A DNA stretch of 64,000 nucleotides from Dendrobates tinctorius. Taxonomy: Eukaryota. A program made the translations under genes and the position numbers. The notes below the pieces were generated by a model, which saw nothing but the letters and a program-made list of their open reading frames with translations, did no database searches and was not told the origin of the DNA. The stretch lies in assembly GCF_039654945.1 (NCBI RefSeq), contig NW_027361726.1, forward strand, positions 26,040,001 to 26,104,000. The letters run 5' to 3'. Below, piece by piece: positions 13,301 through 24,952 of this stretch; position 1 is the stretch's first letter; the number at the start of each line of letters is the position of its first letter.

Positions 13301-15227
13301 TGACTGTGGACTGAAACTATGCACAGACAACTAAAAGAGTTACTAGGAAATCATAATACAATACCAAGACTCAGGTGTGTGTCCTGGGAGGCCTATACAA
13401 GATACAACACATTGGAACATGCCTGGCTTCTTGCAAAGCCTAACATGGAGCACCAGAAAATCTAACGGACCAGGGCATGCGCATAAAGTCTAAATACATA
13501 CATGTTAATCATAGTATATATATATATAAGTTGTACTGCACAACTATACCCTTGTAATTATTTTTACTTCCATGTGTTTTCCTTCATGCTACAGTTATTT
13601 TGCATTTCTGGTTGGAATCAGTTTCCATCACCCTCTGGCAGTTGACAACATAGTCACTTCTCACTTCCCCCTGAAGAAGAAGTCTCCCCAGCAATACTGT
13701 CATGTATTGTGGAGGATCTCCTCCTTTCCTGACAAGCAGACAGAAATCTATTTCTACTGGCTGCCCTGCAGAGGATGTCTATGAAGAGACCTGGCTGTGC
13801 AGAGTGACTGAGCATATGCGACCAACAGTCTTCAGCTCATTTGGTGGACATGCCTGCAGCTATGCACCATGAACACCAGGTGGCACCATAGAATGTAAGT
13901 AAATTTCCCAGCTATGCCCTGGATGCAGTAAAGTTGCGATATATGATCTATTGGGATTAGGCCTTTAGACTGTGTTCACATGTTGTAGCCGCGTTTTCTC
14001 TTCTTTTGCTGCAATGTTTTGTAGAGATTGTCAAAAATCAGGTGAAATTGCTTTGGTTTCACCTTTATTGTGGCAATAAACTGCACCATTACTGCAACAT
14101 CTAAATGCAACCTAAGGCTTTATCCTAATATTAAAAAAGTTCTCTTAGTAGATCCCATCAAACCACATCTTTATTGGGATCACAGCATCATTCAACGGCG
14201 GCTTATTTTTATTATTTATTTCTTATACTCTCTTATGCAGTGCTGCCTGACATACCACAATCATTCCCGCAGGTGTTGGGGACTGACTACAAGTCTATGA
14301 CCGGTCGTAGTCACTTAGTGTAACGGACCAGTGTACTATAGTGCTTCCCTCCAGCTGATATAAGGAACAAGGGATGTGAAACCCACCATTACTGAAAAAT
14401 CAATATTGAAAGTATTTCTCCATTGTGGGCTCTCCTAGCACATTTAAATAATAGAAGTATCCACAGCAGCGCAGAGAGTTTCAGAGGATCTTACAGGATG
14501 CACCATAAATATTCCAGATGGGACATCCCTTTTAAGGACTGACTATTTTGTCTTTGTGGGCACTTTGGATTAGGAACAGCATGAATGTCAGTGATGAATG
14601 GCCGTCTCCAATGTGAGCTGATGATAATGGCCCTAAGTAGAGTGAGCTGATTACCTCCCAACTACGACAATCAATATCACATCTAGCGTCCTGGAACGCC
14701 ACAGATAATGTGTCAGGAAGGTTTTATATAAACTGAGCAATGCAGAAACTGGAATTACAGCCTGCAGGCGGCTCCACAGAGTCACTATGGAGAGGACTGG
14801 GCTGTAATGCGCTCGTTATTCCAGATCCAAGCAGACGCCATGGGTGAAAAATGCAGTAAATCGTGTCGGATCTATCGGATAACGCAGCTCATGCAGGCTC
14901 TGAGAACATGTCAAGGGTATTTTTTTGCATTTTTATATCATACAAACAGAAATAAAACATTCCAGCAGAGGAGACATCATAAGATGTCCACTGTTTCTTT
15001 CCTTCTTTTTCTCAGAACTTTTTTTTATGGACATACTAGCTGAAGAGCCCGGCGTTGCCTGGGCATAGTAACCAACTGTGGTTAGTTATAACAAATTATA
15101 ATGATTATATTGCACATAAAAACATTTCACATCATATATTCACATCATATATTCACCACTACAGATTTGCAACACATATTAACTAAACGATTACCCAAGT
15201 ATTGATAGTATTTTATTTTCAACTCAT

Positions 15228-15494
15228 TCAAGATTTTTGGTTTTTCCTTTCGGTGCAAAGATGAACAGATTTTTGGCAGTTCCAACTCTTGAATGTAACC
15301 AATTGACCATGAGAAAAACATGGAGATTGCAAATCGATCCCTACTACTTTCAAGGACTGTCCCTGAGCATTGTTAATGGACATTGCAAATAGCAGTTGAA
15401 CTGGAAACTGGAGGCGTTTAAAATCAAAAAACAAATCAGATGGAATGAGTGGAATTCTTGGAATGAAAATGTCCTCTCCTTTAGCGCATCCTGT
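15228..15494 (-). pseudogene. Helitron RepHel PIF1-like helicase C-terminal fragment
   Basis: Translates [65 protein letters not shown], matching the Helitron helicase motif V region. Confidence 0.9.
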
Positions 15495-16517
15495 TTCTGA
15501 GCTGTGTATCTAACCCTATCCTGTGTGATAATGTCTGCTGAGCTGTGTACCTAATCCTCTCATGTGTGACACTTTTTGCTGAGCCATGTACCTAATCCTT
15601 TCATGTGTGTTACTGACTGCTCAGCCGTGTATCTAATCCCATCCTGTGTGATACTGATTGCTGAGCCGTGTATCTAATCCTATCCTGTGTGATACTATCT
15701 GCTGAGCCGTGTATCTAATACTATTCTGTGCGATACTGTGTGCTGAGCTGTGTATCTAATCCTATCCTGTGTGATACTGACTGCTGAGCCGTGTATCTAA
15801 TCCTATCCTTTGTGATACTGACTGAAGAGCTGTGTATCTAATCCTATTCTGTGTGATACTGTCTGCTGAGCCGTGTATCTAATACAATTCTGTGCGATAC
15901 TTTGTGCTGAGCTGTGTATCTAATCCTATCCTGTGTGATACTGTCTGCTGAGCCGTGTATCTATTCCTATCCTGTGTGATACTGACTGCTGAGCTGTGTA
16001 TCTAATCCTATCCTGTGTGATACTGACTGCTGAGCAGTGTATCTAATCCTATCCTGTGTGATACTGACTGCTGAGCCGTGTACCTAATCCTATCATGTGT
16101 GTTACTGACTGCTCAGCCGTGCATCTAATCCTATCCTTTGTGATACTGACTGCTGAGCCGTGTATTTAATCCTATCCTGTGTGATACTGACTGCTGAGTC
16201 GTGTAGCTAATCTTATTCCGTGTGATACTGTCTGCTGAGCCCTGTATCCAATACTATTCTGTGTGATACTGTGTGCTGAGCTGTGTATCTAATCCTATCC
16301 TGTGTGATACTGTCTCCTGAGCCGTGTATCTATTTCTATCCTGTGTGATACTGACTGCTGAGCTGTGTATCTAATCCTATCCTGTGTGATACTGACTGCT
16401 GAGCCATGTGTCTAATCCTCTCCTGTGTGATACCTACTGCTGAGCTGTGTATCTATTCCTATCCCGTGTGATACTGACTGCTGAGCCATGTATCTAATCC
16501 TATCCTGTGTGATACTG
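15495..16517. repeat. 41-bp minisatellite inside the Helitron (CTGAGCCGTGTATCTAATCCTATCCTGTGTGATACTGACTG), ~25 copies
   Basis: 41-bp periodicity (CCTGTGTGA at 15971 and 16012). Confidence 0.96.
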
Positions 16518-16762
16518 GGCTCCCCCTGCAGTCTGTGTCAGAGGGTTGTCTGTGTTGGCACGGTAATAAATTGTGTTATTTCCAGCTTTACAGAAGGACG
16601 ATAACACCATAGAAATGTTAAGAATAATTGGCCAAATTCTTTGTTGAATTGGAACGCACGGGGTTAAAATTTCGCCTCACAACACAGGGGTCCAGACGTG
16701 TGACTGTGCAAAATTTTGTGGCTGTAGCTGCGACGGTGTAGATGCCAATCCCGGACATACAC

Positions 16763-16818
<56 letters not shown>

Positions 16819-18377
16819 ACATTCAGCTTTATATATTAGATGGCATTTGGAGAAAAAGACTACTTGATCAGTAGCGCCACCTAATAAAAGTTAATAGACC
16901 CCTGCCACAGGACCTTCCATTTGCAGACACCTGTTTCAGGGTGTTTTCCTCTCATTAGGGCAAGGCAGGAGGTCTGATTTGTTTTGGGTGAGATGCCTCT
17001 AACTTGGGGTTTAAGAAGGAATGTTTCATCTTTTTGAGAGTGTCTAGTTGCTGTAAGGAGACTTATAGGCAATGAACTGGATTAGTTCTTTTCTATTACA
17101 TTAGTCATCCGTTATTTGACCCGTTTTTTAGTGCTGTATGCTCAGAACGTTAGAGACATCTCTGGTATAAAGAGATCCATGAAAAATGCATAAAAAGATG
17201 CAAAACAGAAACCAAAGTAGACATTTTTCAAAAGATCCTCTTTTTCTAATGACAGATCCAATCAAAACTGGAAATGTTGGTTTCCCTCCTGCATAAGTTT
17301 CTGCTCTGTTTGTACCAGATGCAAATTTTTTTGTATAATACTGGATCCATTACAGACTGAGGACACCTGGATATGTGAACAGAGTCTTACAGAGGACGGC
17401 ACCTTGTGGCAGAGCGGATTGACCCAGTTTCCCAGTGTCTGATTCAGGCAGATGTGGGAGGATGATGACGTCCGGTTTGTCCATAGGCTTCACACAATAC
17501 AATGTATCTCTGCCAGAAATAAACATAAATATATTATTACATTCAATAATATTTACACGGATTCCGCTCGCTGCAATGTAACATCCGGCCGCGCAGTGAC
17601 TCAGACTCGTCGGTGCGCGGCGCCGCTGATCCTCATTATACGGAATCCAGGGAAAGGCGAGAAACTTCTTCAGGAAATGAGTTTTCTTTGATTTGTTCCA
17701 TTTTGTCGGTTTGTAGCGAGGAGGATTCAGCGTTTGCTTCTTGTAGTTCTCTCTTCACATTCCGGTAATTGCAGGAGACTTCTAGAAGGAAATCTCTTCC
17801 AGGAGACGTTGGCGGCGGCGGCGCAGCGACATCATTTCCTCCGGGCCTAGAAGCACCTGAGCTCGGCTCGTCATCTACATGAAATGGTTTTTTAGAGAAT
17901 CTGATGGTTTACTAATCTCCGGCAGCGCAATTCTTCACAGGCGCCGATGATAGCCGCCACAAATTTACCAAGTTTAGAATCTATTAAAGTCCACTCTCAC
18001 ATAACCAGTTATTCCGAGGAACATCTATTATTCAACGGCGGGATGAACGCTAAATCTGCCTGAAATTGCCGAGCGTATCACACAGCTGCGTCCTCTGGAA
18101 TACGAAATGGCGCTCCGGCTCCCTCAGGAATGTTAATGCGCTGCAGTGATGCGAGTTGGCGGCAGCCTCCGACGTCTCCTTACATATAGACAAAGTCATA
18201 AGAAAGCGTCACAAGTAACCACAGCCCAACTGAGGGGATAATGGCCACCACCAAGGGGGCTGCGGCCAGTCGGAGCGTATTGATTATATATAAACGGCTC
18301 CCGGCACTTATCACTCTCTCAAGTGTGGAATCTCTTAACGTTGTGTTCTCGCTCTCCAGCATGGCTGACAACTATTA

Positions 18378-18731
18378 GGGTATGAGCACATGTTGCGGAT
18401 TCGAATGCGGATTTTTCCGCGCGGAATCTGCAGGACAAAATGCCCGCGTTTTACCTGCGGATTTCTAGCGGATTTCGCCTGCGTTTTTACACCTGCGGAT
18501 TCTTATAATGGAATGGGTGTAAAAACGCTGCGGAATCCGCACAAAGAATTGACATGTTGCGGAAAATAAACCGCTTTGTTTCCCCATCGAATTTTCGGCA
18601 GCATGTACACATTGGTTTTTGCTTTCCATACGATAACATTGTACTGTACATCACTTGGAAAACTGCTGCGGATCCACAGGGCCAAATCTGCTGCGGATCC
18701 GCAGACTAATCCGCAATGTGTACACATATCC
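18378..18731. mobile_element. PIF/Harbinger-type MITE with internal GCGGAT/ATCCGC subrepeats
   Basis: TIRs GGGTATGAGCACATGTTGCGGAT / ATCCGCAATGTGTACACATATCC; TTA TSD at 18375-18377 and 18732-18734. Confidence 0.85.
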
Positions 18732-20464
18732 TTAGAGGGAGCAGTAGTAAGTCCATCTGATTGTTGCCCCATACGTGTATCTATTTGTTACTTTGTTGAA
18801 TCCTTCAGCTCCATTTCTCCTCTTGTGTCAGTCTTCACTGCACTTCTGCCTTTCTATTCATAAGTCTGTGACGAGTGGAGTTGTCACATACAGTGAAATA
18901 ACCGGACCACCTACGGCTGTAATCTACGGCTACGGCTGGAGGGGGCGAGGGGAGTCCTGGAAATGTTAGAAGGATGCTCCGCACAAATGATGGCAGCAGA
19001 ACGCACACCGCGCCGCGGTCATGGACATCTTATGTGCAGCAAAGTAAATGATATCAGCAGCTATGATTACTGTCTGCTACTGTCCACACCGACATTTCCC
19101 AAGGGGCTTAAAAACGCAGTGTGAACGCCACCTAACAGCAGAACCCGTCATCACTAGCGTTCCCCATTTATCAGACCTGCTAGTGATATAAGGGGCATCA
19201 CCGGTCACCACGGATATTAATATGACGGGTGCAGGAACCAGTCGCTATGGGGCCCCCACTGACCTCTAGGACTCTCACCTGTCACAGTGATGGTATGATG
19301 CTCCGGAACCCACAACAATCATTAGTTGGTCACATGGCTCTTTGACCCCTAGTGACCTCAGGGACCCTACTCATCATAAAGCGATAGCATGTCCTGGCGA
19401 TATCCAACCACTTTATGAAACAATCCTCCATTAGTCCTGGTGTTATTGATAATTCTGCCACTTTCTAATAGACTTTATACATAATTTTATTTTGCTTTTT
19501 GAAGATCTCTGCTTGCTTGCAGTGAATGGACATAATGCAATGTTTGCTACAATGTATCCGTTTGATCAGTGCATCGGTTTGGACACAATTGTGATTTCTG
19601 TGTGTAATATTCACTGATGGGAAGCAGAGGTTGTGTAGATTGTGAGCTGCACAAATACTGAATATCAGGAGTCGGCAGCCGGCGCGGTTTCTGGTTCATT
19701 GCTTTTGTGGCTGACGTCCCGCGGCTTTTAATTTCGATGCCTCATATTCGGACGGTGTTATTTCAAGGTGAACGGCGCTGCCCCAAGGTCACTGTCACCA
19801 AGCGCAGGACGCTGGCAAGTCGGCCATTACTGTACGGAGCATTGTCATATTCCGCGCAGTGGATGGCGCTGCCGAGTCTGTCATTAAATAGATCCGGTAG
19901 ATGGAATCGCCCCTTGTGTTTTCCTAAGCTTAATTATATTACTGCCAGAGGGGAAAGAGACGAAACCTAAAGGAGAACGTGGCGGTGCGGAGGAAGGAGG
20001 GGAGCGGGCGCCCAGCGGGGTCCGGGGTAACGCTGCAATAAACAGCAACGGTATCATTAAGGAAAGGTGATGAGAAATCCCAAGCAAGCTTCGTCCGCAA
20101 ACGCCGCAAATAACACAGCAAAATACTAATTACTATTTCCTAATAAAACACATTAGGAGATAGTGCGGTGGATGCTCCACGCTGGTGCGTGTCCTGCGGC
20201 AGATGTTCTGCGCCGGTGCGTTTCCTGCTGTGGAGGACGCCGCTTATTAATGGATGGCTGAACCTCAGAAGAGCTCGATAAAGTGCTGCCCTTTAAGAGC
20301 AAAGGGTATGACAGGCATTAAGCAGCGTGTGGTCAGGCCCCGGGCACTGCCAGGCTGGGCATGAAATCAGCCCACACCTCACTGTCTGCAAATTATTTTC
20401 CAATGGCATCCGGGGCGGACATTTATCATAATGCAAAAAGGGAGGGGAAGAGACACATCTACGA

Positions 20465-20876
20465 GCGAGGAGCAGACAGCACCAATAACAGTGGAAGAGA
20501 CAGCACCGATAACAGAGCAAGTGACTGCACCGATAGCAGAGGAAGAGACTGCACCGATAACAGAGGAAGAGACTGCACCGATAACAGAGGAAAAGACAGT
20601 ACCAATAATAGAGGAAGAGACTGCACCGATATCTGGAGAAGACAAAGGGGACATCGGCATCCTGCACCAATGAAGCCAAGGAAAGCGAAGACTGCGCTGA
20701 TAATTGAGGAAGACACTGCACTGAAAATAGGAGAAGAGACTGCACCATGGTCATAGAGGAGGAGACTGCACCAATGAGGCCGAGGATAGCGGATCAGACA
20801 GCGCTGATAGAGGAAGAGACTGCACCAATGTGGCCGAGGATAGAGGAGCAGACTGCGCGGATAGAGGAAGAGACTG
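20465..20876. repeat. 24-bp minisatellite grading into a 54-bp composite unit (left part of the array)
   Basis: GAGGAAGAGACTGCACCGATAACA x~7, then GAGGCCGAGGATAGCGGAGCAGACTGCGCTGATAGAGGAAGAGACTGCACCGAT units. Confidence 0.9.
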
Positions 20877-22890
20877 TGTGGTACTCGCAGGTACGCAGGA
20901 TGCAGTGACGAGCCGGAGACAGAGCAGGGGCTAAACTTAACTTTTATAAAGTATATGGATAAAGAGTAAAGCTAACAATGGTTTTTCACGCAGGGAAGTC
21001 AGATACAAATACACATGTACACAATACTAAACAGTACGGCGGGAGACGATAATTATATGGCCACAACGCGGCCGGCTACAGGTCCTTGGACTAACTATAA
21101 ATAGAAACGAAGTGTCACTTATCGATCTCTAATGTCCTGCAGAGTTGTTGTCCAGGAGATGTCTGACCGGCACCTCAGCCGCCGGGTCCAGTCAAAGAAG
21201 AGTTGATGCAGACTGCGGGTGTTCCTACGCCCTGGTGCCAGGGAAACGATGCAGGCCCCAGGCCGGTTCCCCTCCGCTGGGGTTGCTTCGTTGGGAGGCA
21301 AGGCTGAGACGGCCGCGGGTCTCGGCATATAGGCCACAGCCGCGGTATGGAGCAGGGCAATGGTGGCCGCGGGTCTCACTGTACAAGCCGCAGCCATGGT
21401 ATGGAGCGGGGCAATGGCAGCTGTGGGTCTCGCTGGATCTCCTCCTCGTGCTGCTCGGCACCATCCTCCCTCCAGGCCAAGTAAGCCCCTGTCTCCCCTG
21501 TGTCGGATGCGCTAACTCCCTCTTGCTCTGGGATGCCTCTTAGACTCCTCCCTCCTGTCTCTCATCTCCTGTGTCTGTGGCGCCCCTGAGGCTCAGTCGC
21601 CACAGAGGTACTAAACCTTCTCCTAAGGTGTAGTGCCCCACCAGCTAGGTAAGTTGGGAACTTCTTTCCACACTCCAACACTCGCATCCCACACAACAGG
21701 ATAGTTCAGCACAACCACATTGAGGTCTCTCTCTCCTCCTAGACATTAGGAGTGCCTTGGTGGTTTCCTGCTTGGAACACTGGATGTGCTGGGAGGTGGG
21801 TGGAGTTGAAATTCATATAAAAGATGGGGAAGGTTTAGAATTACAGATCAGTGTGGAGGTCAGCCTGACGGGAGGTCAGGAGAGTCTGAGGACGGGTCTG
21901 AGAAGGAGTGCTGCAGCTGCCTCAGTGATCTGAGCCAGCTGGCATGGGAAAGGAACAGAAGGAGAAAGATGTAGAACTGCAACCTAAGCTTCCATAAGAG
22001 AGAGAAAGAACAGTGCGGAATGAAGGAGTAGGAGAACAGAGAGGAGACGTGGGTTGGAAGAGGAACCCTGCCTATAGGTTCTCAGTGCAAGGCCGGGGCC
22101 CGGTCCCCGAGGTTGTATGGACACTTATGGTTCTGCAGCAGACACCGGTGGAGTAGTTGGCTGTAAATGCATTACTCCCAACTTAGACTCTGGGCACAAC
22201 AGCAACTGAATAGAGAGCCAGGACTCCGGAGAAAGGGGTCCCCGACAGAGGCTACAGCTGTCTGCCATACGAGTAGAATTACTAGGAACATCTGACAGGA
22301 GGAACTCCAGAGTACCACGGTACTGGAGAGCTTCACACTAAAAGGCGCATTGGTGGAGTCGTTCAGGAAAGGTACATGTTGGCAGAGTGTTGGAGAGGAG
22401 AGCCCTGACTTGCTCGGGAGGTTGACTGAGTCTGTGCCCCGGAGGACACGGCATGGAAGCGGGCACCAGTGTGTACCACGAACTGTGAGTAAAGCTTTGG
22501 AACTGCAAGCCCTGGTGTCTTACATTCATTTGTGCGCTAACACCGTCAGCACCGCTACATCTGGGTACCAACATTCCTCACACCGCCTGCGCCTATTCTC
22601 ATCTATTGAAATTACACTGCCCTGGGGTTACAGCTTCACCTGTGGGGAGCAACACCATCTATGCTGCAACACACCATCAGCCCCAGAGGATCTGCACGCA
22701 GCGTTGGCTTAACATCTTGCTTGCCAAACACCACAGGTGGCGTCACGAGCTGTTCGCATAAACTATATCACAAACCCCCATTGATTTTGGCGCCCAGGGC
22801 CACGGACTGGGTCACCACTGCTGTGACACAATTCCCCCTGACACCGGCCCGGTACCGAGTACCCCATGGCCCTGGGAGGGCGACCCAACT

Positions 22891-22908
22891 TGGCATCACG
22901 AACAGGAT
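22891..22908 (+). promoter_or_regulatory. Primer-binding site, probably tRNA-Ser (second copy at 26702-26719)
   Basis: TGGCATCACGAACAGGAT 3 nt after the LTR end; one mismatch to the complement of a vertebrate tRNA-Ser(CGA) 3' end as recalled (not database-checked). Confidence 0.8.
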
Positions 22909-24940
22909 GACGAGACCCGATACCATCGGGTTCTGTGTGCCTAAGATTTGTTGGACTTTATACTTTTGAAAATGTGCAGAAGACCTGATTTGATGGACTT
23001 TAAAATGGACATTAGAAATGGCTGCTGGCGCGGAGAAGAAGGGTAGGAAGAGATGGGAGGTCCTAGAAAAAGACTACGAAGAGTATTGGGCCTTCCCTGC
23101 CTGAATTACTATGTGACAGCGACATGGCCCACCTTGTGAGGGATTCGAATACTGGCTTGGTATGGAGGCGCTGGAAGAAGACGCCGCCCCCGGAAGGAGG
23201 GGCAGAAGAAGCCAGTGGCAGGAAAGGGGCCAAGGCAGGAAGAACGCCAGTGCGCCATTTTGGAGAGTGAGGGAAGGAGGCCTGCGGAGCACGGGGAAAC
23301 GGATTTCCCTGGTGCCATAGCTGAAGGCTCCAACCTGATCCCCGGGATGAATCACCAATAGCTGGAGGACGAGATTATCCAGCTGACGCGCCGCCTGCGA
23401 CTGAGGCGAGAAGCGCTATGGACATTAAATCTGCAGCATGCTCAGGAGCGACCTACGCCTGCGGTACCCGCGACACCGGTACCCGCCGCTGCTGCACCAG
23501 ACCTTTTCCCGGCAGACCCCGTGGAGCCTGGAGCCGCTGCCATGCCACCGGCAGCATACCCTGTTCCCTCTCTGCCGCTACCACCGGAGGAATTGTACAC
23601 AGCCCAGAGAGCTGAAGTGGAGGAAGAGAAGCCCCTGCCCGGATCTGCGCGGCTGCGCAGTTCCCGCCAGCGACCCCCGCGGAGCCGAAGCTGCCATTGG
23701 CCCCACCGCCGTCCCCGGTGTCTCACCGGGCAACACCCGTTGCCACCACGTCTGCACCGGAGTGGAGACCGCACTGCCGGGAACTCCCAGGTATATACCC
23801 CGGCCCTCATAATGGGTTGATGGGGAGGTGGAGGAGGTCCCTGCTGCCAGGGGTACGGTTGGAGCCGGCACACCCGATCCAACATCTTCAGGGAAGAGGG
23901 GGGTCTGGATCGTTTTGGAACGGTGATCTCGGGATACCTTCACTGCCAAGTCCCCAGGTAATTGCTTGCCAGCGCCGACAAGCTGCAGAAGCCCTGGGAG
24001 CTCGACCTCGTACCAGGACAGCGGAACCACCTATCGAGGAGGAACAGTTGATGGGCATTGAGATGCATCATGGGTTCCCTTTGCCACAGCTTCAAGGCCC
24101 TTTAGCAAGAAACCAGAATCAGGATGAGGACAGTTCCAGTTCGGCTTCCAGAACCCCAGGAGGGGACCACAATTTGAAAATTTTCAAAATCTCGTTACCC
24201 CATGAGGGTTTGTTTGCACCGTTGTGCCTGTTTCTATTTTTGTTGTTATCTTGTTTTTCTGGTAGCACTTTTGTTGCCTAATTTTTGCAGTGGCAGCATT
24301 CTTCAATTTTGAACTACAGTGATCATGAACTTGGAGTGTATCACAAACTCTCTTGTAAATAGTTTGCACCTCTTTAGGTGCCCTCTCTTGGTTTTACATA
24401 AGGACACTTTTCGAAGATGATGTCTACCTCAAAGGACACTGCAAGAAGTCCCGGCTGGGAGCGGTGTCCAGCACTTACAAGAATCTTTGAAATGTTTTAT
24501 TGTTGATGATGTGTTTTATAAGAGTATTAGAAACTGAGAAATGGCTTTTATAGAGAATTGAGAATGTTTTGATGCAGAATTAAGAATAAAGAATTGAAAG
24601 TAGGCAGGTGACGGACCAGGTACTTGCGGTCAGCGTCTTGCGTCTAGAAGAGACAGTCAAAGTAGAAAAATGATAAAGAAACGTGTACTAGAGAAAGAAA
24701 AGCTGAATAATACTGAAGTGATAGTGAGTCACAGATAATGGCACTTAGAATGGAAAATTGCACTTTTTGACTTGAAATTTAGATAGTTAAATAAGAATTG
24801 TTTGTATCGTTCAAGAATAAGTACCTCCTATACTAGGAAGTTTAGTATAAGAATTGTTTATGCAGCATTGAAAAATTTTTTTGTATGTTCCTGTACTGTC
24901 AACTTTGTTTACCCTTGCAGCCCGCGGACGTGCTGTGCTT

Positions 24941-24952
24941 AACGGGGGGGTA
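24941..24952 (+). promoter_or_regulatory. Polypurine tract (second copy at 28751-28762)
   Basis: AACGGGGGGGTA directly before the LTR start TGTGGCG. Confidence 0.8.

Larger units (their letters stand above)
15036..16840 (-). mobile_element. Non-autonomous Helitron
   Basis: Minus strand: 5' TC at 16840, 3' CTAG at 15039-15036, subterminal hairpin GCCCAGGCAACGCCGGGC (~15047-15064), inserted between A and T with no TSD; (TG)n near the 5' end. Confidence 0.92.

Noticed and set aside
22350-22712. 120-aa ORF repeated in three LTR copies of the nested element
   Set aside because: Non-ATG start, copies too similar to show selection, no recognisable motif
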